Below are positions 1-7,801 of a DNA stretch of 32,000 bases, piece by piece. The notes beneath the pieces are model-generated. The model worked only from the letters and a program-made list of their open reading frames with translations. It was not told the origin of the DNA and made no database searches. Positions within the stretch are counted from its first letter, which is position 1; the number at the start of each line of letters is the position of its first letter. Where the stretch lies: assembly GCA_951812965.1 (NCBI GenBank), contig OX638341.1, positions 570,438 through 602,437 of the forward strand. The letters run 5' to 3'. The stretch comes from an uncultured Pseudohongiella sp. GTDB lineage: Bacteria > Pseudomonadota > Gammaproteobacteria > Pseudomonadales > Pseudohongiellaceae. A program made the position numbers and the translations under genes.

Positions 1-1067
1 CCTTCGATGACGCGCCGGAAGTTCTCGCCGGAAATGTCCATGCTCGCGAGATGACGCTCGGCGCTGTCTTCGTACGTGAACAGAATCGTTTCGCCGTCGG
101 GTGTGAAGCGGGGCGATCCGACATTGCGGTGTAGGCGTTCGCTGAGCACCCGGGCCGGGCCGCCGGTGGCTGGAGTTATTGCCAGGTGCCGGGTAGCGTA
201 CCAGATGATTTCCGGTTCGGTAACGCTGGTGTGGGCGATGTATCGTCCGTCCGGGCTCCAGGCGGGTGAGTTGTCCGAACCCGGATTGTCGGTAATCCGC
301 AACAAGGTCGCGCCGGCGTCGGGATTGTCCGCCGCCACCACCCAGATATCGGAATTGCTGTTCGCGTCGGGTTCGTCGGTGCGATTGCTGACGAAAGCGA
401 TGAGCCTGCCGTCGGGACTCCAGGCCGGCTGGTAATCGTCGTAGTCGCCGGACGTGATCTGCACCGCCTCGTGTTCCGCGCCGGGTGCAACGTCCTGAAC
501 GTACAGATGCGTCCGGCGGCGGTCGAGATAACCGGCGTAATCGCGCTTGAATTGCAGGCGGTCGATCACCCAGGGACGAGGTTCGTCATCATCTTCCTCT
601 GTCGGGTCCCGAACCACCAGCGCAAGCCGCGATGCGTCGGGCGACCAGGCGAAATCGTTCACGCCCTGTTCGATGTGGGTGAGTTGGCGCGCTTCGCCGC
701 CGCGGCGGTCCAGCGCCCAGACTTGAGTCCGGCCCTCGTTGCGCGAGGCCAGGAACGAGAGGAAGCGGCCGTCCGGGCTCCATTGCGGATTGCTCGCCGA
801 GGAGCCGGGGCCGCTCATGGGCAATACGGTGTCGTCGACGGTGGAAACCATCCAGACGCGGGTTTCGCTGCTGTCGTCTTCGAGGCTGGTCGTGCGCACG
901 GTATACGCGACCCAGGCGCTGTCGGGACTGATTTCCGGGCTGCCCACGGCCTTCATTTCAAACAGGTCTTCGGGTTCAAGCAACCGGGTTTCCTGGGCGC
1001 CGGCGGTAAATGCCGCCAGCGCCAGACCTGCCGCAAATAGTCCCGGTATCAGTTGTTTCACGTTCAT
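1..1067 (-). CDS. S9 family serine peptidase paralogue, N-terminal part only (signal peptide plus beta-propeller region); the 3' end lies beyond the window
   Basis: Edge-truncated ORF, absent from the supplied track. The reverse complement of 961-1067 reads MNVKQLIPGLFAAGLALAAFTAGAQETRLLEPEDLF. The reverse complement of 3-59 reads ERHLASMDISGENFRRVIEG. Both are colinear with the complete S9 peptidase at 1483-3474 (MTKFIPGLFAGLLALAAAGVSAQETRLLKPEDLF ... ERHLASIDTSGESFSRIIEG). The plus-strand shadow ORFs 76-435 and 2411-2848 are also near-identical to each other. I translated only the two ends of this ORF. Confidence 0.8.
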   Translation of the reverse strand, partial: MNVKQLIPGLFAAGLALAAFTAGAQETRLLEPEDLFEMKAVGSPEISPDSAWVAYTVRTTSLEDDSSETRVWMVSTVDDTVLPMSGPGSSASNPQWSPDGRFLSFLASRNEGRTQVWALDRRGGEARQLTHIEQGVNDFAWSPDASRLALVVRDPTEEDDDEPRPWVIDRLQFKRDYAGYLDRRRTHLYVQDVAPGAEHEAVQITSGDYDDYQPAWSPDGRLIAFVSNRTDEPDANSNSDIWVVAADNPDAGATLLRITDNPGSDNSPAWSPDGRYIAHTSVTEPEIIWYATRHLAITPATGGPARVLSERLHRNVGSPRFTPDGETILFTYEDSAERHLASMDISGENFRRVIE

Positions 1068-1096
1068 GAAATCTCCCGTTTTGTTGTATCGCCCGC

Positions 1097-1116
1097 GGGC
1101 GAGGCATGCCTCGCCC
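1097..1116. repeat. REP-like palindrome copy R1 (gggcgaggcatgcctcgccc)
   Basis: Perfect 20-bp palindrome in the intergenic gap between the two S9 peptidase genes. Its right arm and the ctac flank form the start of the tandem array. Confidence 0.85.
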
Positions 1117-1421
1117 CTACCGGGGAATTCGCTTCGGTAGCAAACAATGTGTGCGTCGCCCATACCGGGAAATTCGCACCGGTTGCCTGCAATATGCGCG
1201 TCGCCCCTACCGGGAAATTCGCACCGGTTGCCTGCAATGTGCGCGTCGCCCATACCGAAAATTCACGCCGGTTGCCTGCAATGTGCACGTCGCCCATACC
1301 GAAAATTCACGCCGGTTGCCTGCAATGTGTGCGTCGCCCATACCGAAAATTCACGCCGGTTGCCTGCAATGTGCGCGTCGCCCATACCGAAAATTCGCAC
1401 CGGTTGCCTGCAATATGCGCG
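1111..1421. repeat. Tandem repeat array, 7 units of 45/44 bp
   Basis: Units start at 1111, 1156, 1201, 1246, 1290, 1334 and 1378 (3 x 45 bp, then 4 x 44 bp). The consensus is tcgccc(a/c)taccg(gg/a)aaattc(gcac/acgc)cggttgcctgcaat(a/g)tg(c/t)(g/a)cg. The first unit is the most diverged. Each unit begins with the REP right half-site gcgtcgccc(c/a)tac. Confidence 0.9.
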
Positions 1422-1431
1422 TCGCCTGTAG

Positions 1432-1451
1432 GGGCGAGGCATGCCTCGCCC
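1432..1451. repeat. REP-like palindrome copy R2 (gggcgaggcatgcctcgccc), inverted relative to R1 by its flanks
   Basis: Perfect 20-bp palindrome. The flanks read gtag...cgcgg here and gcg...ctac at R1, so the two copies bracket the tandem array as an inverted pair. Confidence 0.85.
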
Positions 1452-1482
1452 GCGGTTGGTGATGGCGAGATTCCCGGACGAC

Positions 1483-3474
1483 CTATTTCACATATTGCTC
1501 GTACCAGGCCAGGTAGCGCTCCAGGCGGTCGAGTTGGAATGCCGGCTTGCGAAAACCGTGGTGCTCGTCGGGATAAACGACCAACTGGGTTTCGACACCC
1601 AGCCGCCGCAGCGCCTGATAGAGTTGCTCGGAGTTCTGGATCGGCACGTTCCAGTCGTGCTCCCCGCCCATGATCAGGGTCGGCGTGACGACGTTCGCCA
1701 CATCGTTGAACGGCGACATGCGCTCCCAGCCCTCGGCGTTTTCCCAGGGAAAGCCGACTTCGATTTCCCATTCGTACTGATAATGGTCGTGGCCGTAATT
1801 CGCCCGGTACAGCGCCATGCTCGCGCCGGTGATCGCGCCCTTGAAGCGATCCGATTTGGTGATGACGTAGTTGGTCAGGATGCCGCCATAGGACCAGCCG
1901 CCGACGCCGAGCCGGTCCGGGTCGGCATAGCCCTGTTCGATGGCGTAATCCACCCCGGCCATCACGTCCTCGAAATCCTTCACGCCCCAGTCCGCCCAGA
2001 TCGCATGGGAGAAATCGCGGCCGTAACCGGACGATCCCCGCGGATTGGTCAGCACCACGACATAGCCATTGGCGGCGAACAACTGGGCTTCGAAATTGAA
2101 GGCAAAATCGTATTGCGCGACCGGGCCGCCGTGAATGCGCAACAAGGTCGGGTATTGGAAACTCTCGTCGAAACCCGGCGGCTTGAAGATGAATCCTTCC
2201 ACCTCGGTGCCGTCGGCGCTCGGAAATCGCGCGTTCTCGACTTCCGCAAGTTGCAATTCGTCGAGCCAGGGTCGGTTGGTGAAGGTCAATTGCCGCCGCT
2301 GGTCTCCGGCGCCGTAAAACACTTCGGCCGGCATATGTGGCTCGCTGACGAGGCTGGCGATCTGTCCGTCGTCGCTTTGCGACCAGCCGCGCAAGCTCAG
2401 CGGCCCTTCAATGATCCGGCTGAAACTCTCGCCTGAGGTATCGATGCTCGCCAGGTGGCGTTCGCCGCTGTCTTCGAGCACGAACAGCACTTCGTCGCCA
2501 TCCGGAGAGAAGCGGGGCGAGGACACGTTGCGGTCCAGGCGTTCGGTGAGCACCCGCGCCGGGCCGCCGGCGGCCGGAGATATCGCCAGATTGTCGATGG
2601 CGTACCAGATGATCTCGGGTTCGGTGACGCTGGTATGGGCAATGAAATTACCGTCGGGACTCCAGGCCGGCGAGCCGTCGGCGCCGGGATTTTCGGTGAC
2701 CTGCAACAAGGTAGCGCCGGCGTCGGGACTATCCGCCGAAACCACCCAGATATCGGTGTTGTCGCTCAGGTCGGGTTCTTCGGTGCGATTGCTGACGAAG
2801 GCGATCAGGCTGCCGTCGGGACTCCAGGCCGGATCCGAATCGTCATAGTCGCCCGAGGTGATCTGCACGGCTTCCTGTTCCTGGCCGGGCGCCACGTCCT
2901 GGACGTACAAGTGCGTTCGACGACGGTCTAGATAGCCGGTGTAATCGCGCTTGAACTGAATGCGGTCGATCACCCAGGGCTTTTCTTCGTCCTCGTCACC
3001 TTCCGTTTCCTCTTCCGGGTCGCGGATCACCAGAACCAGCCGGCTGCCATCGGGCGACCAGGCGTAGTCGCTGACGCCCTGTTCCACATGAGTGAGTTGA
3101 TTCGCCTCACCGCCGCGTCGGTCAAGGGCCCAGACCTGGGACTCGCCGTCGTTGCGCGAGGCGATGAAGGAAAGAAAACGCCCGTCGGGGCTCCATTGCG
3201 GATTGCTTGCCGACGAACCATCGCCCGTCATGGGCAGCACGGTGTCGTCGGTGGTAGACGCCATCCAGATGCGGGAATCGCTCCCGTCCTCTTCCAGGCT
3301 GGTCGTACCCACAATATAGGCGACCCAGCCGCCATCGGGGCTGATTACCGGGCTGCCAACGGATTTCAGTTCAAACAGGTCTTCCGGCTTGAGCAAACGG
3401 GTCTCCTGGGCGGAGACGCCTGCCGCTGCAAGCGCAAGCAGGCCTGCGAACAGGCCGGGAATAAATTTGGTCAT
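1483..3474 (-). CDS. S9 family serine peptidase (prolyl oligopeptidase / acylaminoacyl-peptidase type), secreted
   Basis: 663-aa ORF with an N-terminal signal peptide (AAAGVSAQE). Repeated WSPDG propeller motifs are present. The serine nucleophile motif is GVGGWSYGG, with C-terminal Asp and His contexts (GGEHDWNVP, PDEHHGF). ATG at 3474 with AGAGGA upstream. Confidence 0.92.
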   Translation of the reverse strand: MTKFIPGLFAGLLALAAAGVSAQETRLLKPEDLFELKSVGSPVISPDGGWVAYIVGTTSLEEDGSDSRIWMASTTDDTVLPMTGDGSSASNPQWSPDGRFLSFIASRNDGESQVWALDRRGGEANQLTHVEQGVSDYAWSPDGSRLVLVIRDPEEETEGDEDEEKPWVIDRIQFKRDYTGYLDRRRTHLYVQDVAPGQEQEAVQITSGDYDDSDPAWSPDGSLIAFVSNRTEEPDLSDNTDIWVVSADSPDAGATLLQVTENPGADGSPAWSPDGNFIAHTSVTEPEIIWYAIDNLAISPAAGGPARVLTERLDRNVSSPRFSPDGDEVLFVLEDSGERHLASIDTSGESFSRIIEGPLSLRGWSQSDDGQIASLVSEPHMPAEVFYGAGDQRRQLTFTNRPWLDELQLAEVENARFPSADGTEVEGFIFKPPGFDESFQYPTLLRIHGGPVAQYDFAFNFEAQLFAANGYVVVLTNPRGSSGYGRDFSHAIWADWGVKDFEDVMAGVDYAIEQGYADPDRLGVGGWSYGGILTNYVITKSDRFKGAITGASMALYRANYGHDHYQYEWEIEVGFPWENAEGWERMSPFNDVANVVTPTLIMGGEHDWNVPIQNSEQLYQALRRLGVETQLVVYPDEHHGFRKPAFQLDRLERYLAWYEQYVK

Positions 3475-3493
3475 GATCTCGCGATCCTCTTGT

Positions 3494-5626
3494 TCAGTCT
3501 GGCAGCCTGTAGGCGACCAGAGCGCCGGGAAAATCGGTGCGCGAACTGCCTATCTGCACCACGATGTACTGCCGTCCGTCATGCAAGTAACTCATTAATC
3601 CGTATTGACCGGGAGCGGGCAGCGGCACGCTGGCCAGCACTTCGCCGCTCATCTTGTCACGGGCATTGAGCGTGAGCGGCCCATCCGGCGCCATCTGCGC
3701 CATGCCTTCGCTCATTGCGCGAGCCTGGACCAGGATGTCAGGCGTCGCCATCTGGATCGACCAACCTTCGCCGCCGCTGTTGGGGATATCCACGCCTTGC
3801 AGCAATTGATGATTGCGAATCGCTGCGCGGGTTTCGCCCACCGGCACGGACCAGAGCTTGTCGCCCGAGTTCATCTGGTAGGCGGTCAACTGATTGTGCA
3901 TCGGCTTGAATACGGGTAGACCCTCGATCGTCGGCAGACCACCGCCGCCGCCCGGCAGCCAGGCCGCCACGGTGCGGCCGGTGGTGGGCGTGCTGTTCGG
4001 CGTGGCGCCGCCTTCGCCCGGTTCGGGATAATTGGGGTTGTCGCGATCGACGCCATTGGTGGGCCGCATGAATCCCGGCGCGCCGCAACTGCGGCGATGG
4101 GAATTGAACATCATGCCGGTTGTCGGATCGGCGGTCGGCGGATGCGGAATGATATTACCGCCGCCCTGGCAGCCCACATTGTTGATCCAGGGGCCGTCGT
4201 AACCCTGCGGCAACGCCGGCACATATAGCCCGCCGAGCCGGAAGCCGTTCAGAATTACCTGGGCCTGCTCGCGCAATTCCGGCGTGTAATCCATGATGAA
4301 CTCATCGGTGATGCCGTCGATGACGATCCGGTCCACCGGTTCCGGCCAGGTGGGATAAGGCTGGGTCGGCGAGGTGTAATTACCGGGAACTTCGGTTTGC
4401 AAAACCTCCCGGTCCTCTATCGGCCAGATCGGTTCCCCGTTTTCCCGGTTGAAGGCGAAAATCAGGCCCTGCTTGGTGTTCTGGATCACCGCCGGAATCG
4501 CCCTGCCATTGACATTGAGATCCATAAGAATGGGCGCCGCCGGCAGATCGTAGTTCCATTGATCGCTGCGATGAATCTGGAAATGCCAGGCCCGCTCGCC
4601 GGTTGCTACGTCGAGCACCAGCAGGCTGCCGCCGAAGAGATTGTCGCCGGGCCGGTGACCGGTATAGGACTGCACCGTGGAGGCATTGGTCACCATGTAG
4701 ACCAGGCCGAGTTCGGGGTCGGCCGAAGCCGGCGCCCAGGTGGAAATGTCACCGGAGAAGCGCCAGGCGTCGTTATGCCAGGTCTCGTTGCCGATTTCGC
4801 CGGGCCGCGGAATGACGTGGAATTTCCACAGATTCTCGCCGGTGGCTGCGTCAAAGCCCATGATGTCGCCGGGTACGTTCTCAATGCGCGTCTGGCCGTA
4901 ACTCGGCTGATGGCCGACCAGCGTCACGACTACGCCATTGACGACGATGGGCGGAGCGGAAGCGGTAACCATGCCGAGTTCGCGCGGTATGCCGTAGTCG
5001 GGATCGTATTCCCCGCCGGCGGTTACGTAATCCTCCCAGGGACCCCATCCGTCCACCAAATAGGGAAGCAGGTCGACGACCCCGGTTTCCGGAAATCCGC
5101 CGACGGGAAAGGCGGAACCCCAGTTTTCGAGCGGGCGGCCGGTCTTTGCGTCCAGCGCCCAGAGGAAGAAGCCCGGCGTGGTGATGTAGATCACGCCGCG
5201 GCCGTCGACTTCGCCGTAGGACACGCCCTTGCCGTATGCTTGGCGCGGCGATCGCTGGTGGCGGATCGATTCCGGCTCGCGGAAGGTCCAGAGAGTTTCG
5301 CCGGTGGCCGGGTCGATGGCGACCACCTGGCGCCGGGGCGTAGCCACGGTATACAGGATCCCGTCAACGTAAATCGGTGTGGAGCGGGAGAAATAGTCGA
5401 CATTCGGGCCGAAGTTGTCGCTGCGCCAGATCCAGGCCTGTTCGAGATCGGCGAAATTCCCAGCGTTGATCTGGTCGTTCGGCGTATACCGCGTATGGCC
5501 GATATCGCCGCCGAGATAGCGCCATTCGCCGTTCTCCGTGCCGGTGAGCTGCTGCGCCTGGGCAACGCCCGCCAGCGAAAACGCCGCCAGCAGCGCCAGC
5601 GCGAAACCTGCCATTCTGGAAATCAT
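3494..5626 (-). CDS. PQQ-dependent (quinoprotein) dehydrogenase, periplasmic beta-propeller
   Basis: The long ORF 3494-5683 has the N-terminal pattern typical of quinoprotein dehydrogenases (GEWRYLGGDIGHTRYTPNDQIN...NFADLEQAW, then repeated G.LY..T......VAID..TGE.LW). I prefer the ATG at 5626 because it is preceded by GGGAGGA with 6 nt spacing. That start gives a canonical signal peptide, MISRMAGFALALLAAFSLAGVAQAQQ. Confidence 0.85.
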   Translation of the reverse strand: MISRMAGFALALLAAFSLAGVAQAQQLTGTENGEWRYLGGDIGHTRYTPNDQINAGNFADLEQAWIWRSDNFGPNVDYFSRSTPIYVDGILYTVATPRRQVVAIDPATGETLWTFREPESIRHQRSPRQAYGKGVSYGEVDGRGVIYITTPGFFLWALDAKTGRPLENWGSAFPVGGFPETGVVDLLPYLVDGWGPWEDYVTAGGEYDPDYGIPRELGMVTASAPPIVVNGVVVTLVGHQPSYGQTRIENVPGDIMGFDAATGENLWKFHVIPRPGEIGNETWHNDAWRFSGDISTWAPASADPELGLVYMVTNASTVQSYTGHRPGDNLFGGSLLVLDVATGERAWHFQIHRSDQWNYDLPAAPILMDLNVNGRAIPAVIQNTKQGLIFAFNRENGEPIWPIEDREVLQTEVPGNYTSPTQPYPTWPEPVDRIVIDGITDEFIMDYTPELREQAQVILNGFRLGGLYVPALPQGYDGPWINNVGCQGGGNIIPHPPTADPTTGMMFNSHRRSCGAPGFMRPTNGVDRDNPNYPEPGEGGATPNSTPTTGRTVAAWLPGGGGGLPTIEGLPVFKPMHNQLTAYQMNSGDKLWSVPVGETRAAIRNHQLLQGVDIPNSGGEGWSIQMATPDILVQARAMSEGMAQMAPDGPLTLNARDKMSGEVLASVPLPAPGQYGLMSYLHDGRQYIVVQIGSSRTDFPGALVAYRLPD

Positions 5627-5743
5627 CGATATTCCTCCCGATTGCCGGATTTGGAGGGCGAATGCCCCGATTGGACCGACCATCGAGAGTAAAAGTTAAA
5701 TCCCGGAATGTCCACGTCTGACCGTGGCCTTGCCCCAGCCCGC

Positions 5744-6130
5744 TCAGCCGACGATCTTCAGACTCGTGTGTATTGCCAGCATGTCGAAATCACGATCCCG
5801 ATGGAGCACGGCTACGTTCGCATCGATCGCGACCGCGGCGATCAGACAGTCGACAAGCTTGTGCCCCGTCGCCCCGTCCTGTCGGCAGCGGCGATACAGC
5901 GCGGCCGCCCGCTCGTAGTGGGCGGGCGTGGTGGGAAGAACCGTCGTTATCGCGAGCAAGCGGCGCAGCGAACGCAGATGCTCTTCATCGCGAGCCCCCG
6001 CGAGCAATTCCATACGGATCGCGTCGCAGGTGGCGATGTCGCTGTTTAGCGCGGCGTTGACTCGGCGGCAGACGCTAGAGTCAGTGTCGCGAAGAAACTC
6101 GACCCATGCGGACGTGTCGACAAGGATCAC
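5744..6130 (-). CDS. vapC: Type II toxin VapC (PIN-domain ribonuclease)
   Basis: 128 aa: [14 protein letters not shown]...[11 protein letters not shown]...DCLIAAVAI...VLHRDRDFD. The PIN acidic residues are in their usual places. The GTG start overlaps the upstream antitoxin stop as GTGA. Confidence 0.9.
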   Translation of the reverse strand: MILVDTSAWVEFLRDTDSSVCRRVNAALNSDIATCDAIRMELLAGARDEEHLRSLRRLLAITTVLPTTPAHYERAAALYRRCRQDGATGHKLVDCLIAAVAIDANVAVLHRDRDFDMLAIHTSLKIVG

Positions 6131-6330
6131 GACAAGCGGTCGCGGCGCATCTCGTCCAGATTGCCTTCCCAGCCCGATCCTCGCATCTCGCGCGCCTCGG
6201 TCAGGCTAAGCGGTTCCTCCGACAACATGCGCAAAGCCAGGTTAACCGCTTCGCGCTTCGTGGTCAGACTATACCGGCGCATGACATCGGCACAGGCATT
6301 ATCGTCGATATCTATATTTGTGCGTGACAT
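6127..6330 (-). CDS. vapB: Type II antitoxin VapB
   Basis: These are the last 67 codons of track ORF 6127-6747: [67 protein letters not shown]. It overlaps vapC by 4 nt. The longer ORF version runs into the IS end and is not credible. Confidence 0.8.
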   Translation of the reverse strand: MSRTNIDIDDNACADVMRRYSLTTKREAVNLALRMLSEEPLSLTEAREMRGSGWEGNLDEMRRDRLS

Positions 6331-6336
6331 GTGTTC

Positions 6337-6365
6337 ACCATACACCTTTGATATGCATTGGGCAA
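6337..6365 (-). promoter_or_regulatory. Candidate sigma70 promoter of vapBC (TTGCCC, 17 nt spacer, TATGGT)
   Basis: On the minus strand, the -35 is at 6365-6360 and the -10 at 6342-6337. The -10 ends 6 nt before the vapB ATG, so the mRNA would be leaderless or have a very short leader. Hexamer match only. Confidence 0.3.
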
Positions 6366-6381
6366 GTTCATGGGTTTTCCT
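6366..6381. repeat. Target-site duplication, left copy (gttcatgggttttcct)
   Basis: Identical 16-mer at 7766-7781, directly abutting both IS termini. It would be 17 bp if the shared preceding 'a' is counted. Confidence 0.8.
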
Positions 6382-7765
6382 TGTAGAGAGCACATAATCT
6401 GTCCGGTCTTGTAGCACAAGGTCTGTCCGGTTCTCATCGGATGCGGGAGGAAGCATCTGATGAGACGAACAGCCTGGTTGCAGGAGACGCGAATGGAACG
6501 TTTTGAGGAAGCCTTTGGTGCGTGGACGGAGAGTCGGCTGACGCAGGAAGAAGCTGCGCGGCTGCTTGGGGTGTGTGAGCGCACGTTTCGGCGCTGGATA
6601 GATCGGTATGAGGAAGCGGGCCTGGACGGATTGATCGACAAGCGCTTGTCGCAAGCATCGAACCGTCGCGCGCCGGTCGACGAAGTGATGGCGTTGGTGG
6701 ATCGCTACCGGAACCGTCACCGGGGTTGGAACGTGCGTCATTTTCATGCCTGGTACCGGCGCGATGGCGGGAAGCGCAGCTACACCTGGGTGAAGAACGC
6801 CTTGCAGGCAGCGGGCCTGGTGGCGCGGGCGTCACGCCGCGGAGCGCATCGCAAGCGGCGGGAGCCGGCGCCGTGGCCGGGCATGCTGTTGCACCAGGAT
6901 GGCAGTCGCCATGAATGGGCGCCGGGTCGGATGTGGGATCTGATCGTGACCATGGACGACGCCACGAACGCGCATTACTCGATGTTCTTTTGCGAGGAGG
7001 AAGGTACGTGGAGCAGCTTTCGCGGCATCCGCGAGGTGATTGATGCGCGCGGTCTGTTCTGTTCGCTGTATACCGACCGCGGCAGTCACTACTGGCACAC
7101 GCCGACGGCGGGCGGCAAAGTGGACAAGGGCAATCCGACGCAGTTTGGACGGGCGATGAGGCAGCTGGGCATCGAGATGATTCCGGCGTACTCGCCGGAG
7201 GCGCGGGGCCGTTCGGAGCGAGCGTTCAAGACGCACCAGGACCGACTGGTGAAGGAGTTGGCGCTGGCGGGGGTTGCGGAGATGGAAGCGGCGAATCGGT
7301 ACTTGCGGGAGACGTACCTGCCGGCCTTCAACGCGGAGTTCGCGCGGCCGCCGCGGGAGGAAGGGTCCGCCTTCGTGGCCTGCGGCGACGCCGATCGGCT
7401 GGACGAGATCCTGTGCGAGCACCATGAGCGGGTCGTCGGGCACGACAACTGCGTACGCTTTCGTCGAAAGGTGCTGCAGATTCCGCCGGATCGGTACCGT
7501 TGTCACTATGTGAAGGCGACAGTCAAGGTCTTGCAGTATCTGGATGGGTGCGTTGCGATCCGCCACGGCCCGCGCGAACTGGCGCGATACGACTCCCAGG
7601 GGAAACTATTGACGGAGAATTTACGGACCGCCGCGTAGGAACGCGGCGGCGGCCGGCGTCTGGGGGGGCCTTTCCGGGCTACGCCCTCCAAGGCCCCCCA
7701 GACGCCAAAAACAAACCGGACAGATCATTTGCTACAGAACCGGACATTTCTATTTGCTCTTAACA
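6382..7765 (+). mobile_element. Complete insertion sequence, IS1202 / ISNCY-type, 1384 bp
   Basis: Both termini start with TGT. IRL is TGTAGAGAGCACATA and IRR (reverse complement) is TGTTAAGAGCAAATA, a 12/15 match. The similarity continues through repeated TGTCCGGT motifs for about 50 bp. The element carries a single transposase ORF and is flanked by a 16-bp direct repeat. Confidence 0.8.
6460..7638 (+). CDS. DDE (rve-type) transposase with N-terminal HTH, IS1202/ISNCY-like
   Basis: 392 aa. HTH region: [36 protein letters not shown]. Catalytic core: [11 protein letters not shown]...[10 protein letters not shown]...YTDRGSHY...[28 protein letters not shown]. From memory, this is the pattern of ISNCY/IS1202-group transposases. 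An alternative start is at 6493 (MERFEE). Confidence 0.85.
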   Translation: MRRTAWLQETRMERFEEAFGAWTESRLTQEEAARLLGVCERTFRRWIDRYEEAGLDGLIDKRLSQASNRRAPVDEVMALVDRYRNRHRGWNVRHFHAWYRRDGGKRSYTWVKNALQAAGLVARASRRGAHRKRREPAPWPGMLLHQDGSRHEWAPGRMWDLIVTMDDATNAHYSMFFCEEEGTWSSFRGIREVIDARGLFCSLYTDRGSHYWHTPTAGGKVDKGNPTQFGRAMRQLGIEMIPAYSPEARGRSERAFKTHQDRLVKELALAGVAEMEAANRYLRETYLPAFNAEFARPPREEGSAFVACGDADRLDEILCEHHERVVGHDNCVRFRRKVLQIPPDRYRCHYVKATVKVLQYLDGCVAIRHGPRELARYDSQGKLLTENLRTAA

Positions 7766-7781
7766 GTTCATGGGTTTTCCT
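7766..7781. repeat. Target-site duplication, right copy (gttcatgggttttcct)
   Basis: Identical to 6366-6381. Confidence 0.8.
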
Positions 7782-7801
7782 GGCGGTTCGCATGGTTGTT
7801 A

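Noticed and set aside
1111-1421. Possible CRISPR array (regular spacing of about 45 bp, palindromic pieces)
   Set aside because: The units abut head to tail with no unique spacers, so the whole 44/45 bp is the repeat. No cas genes or leader are present. It is a tandem minisatellite derived from a REP half-site.
1053-1771. Track ORFs crossing the repeat array (1053-1673, 1106-1462, 1147-1431, 1064-1297, 1307-1771)
   Set aside because: Their translations are just the 44/45-bp unit read in all frames (CNVRVAHTENSRRLPAM and similar). Stop-free GC-rich repeats generate them, and none has a start context or protein-like composition.
6127-6747. 206-aa version of the vapB ORF, and minus-strand ORFs 6312-6641 and 6434-6835
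   Set aside because: Only the last 67 codons resemble an antitoxin. The upstream part crosses the target duplication and the IS terminus and runs antisense to the transposase gene.
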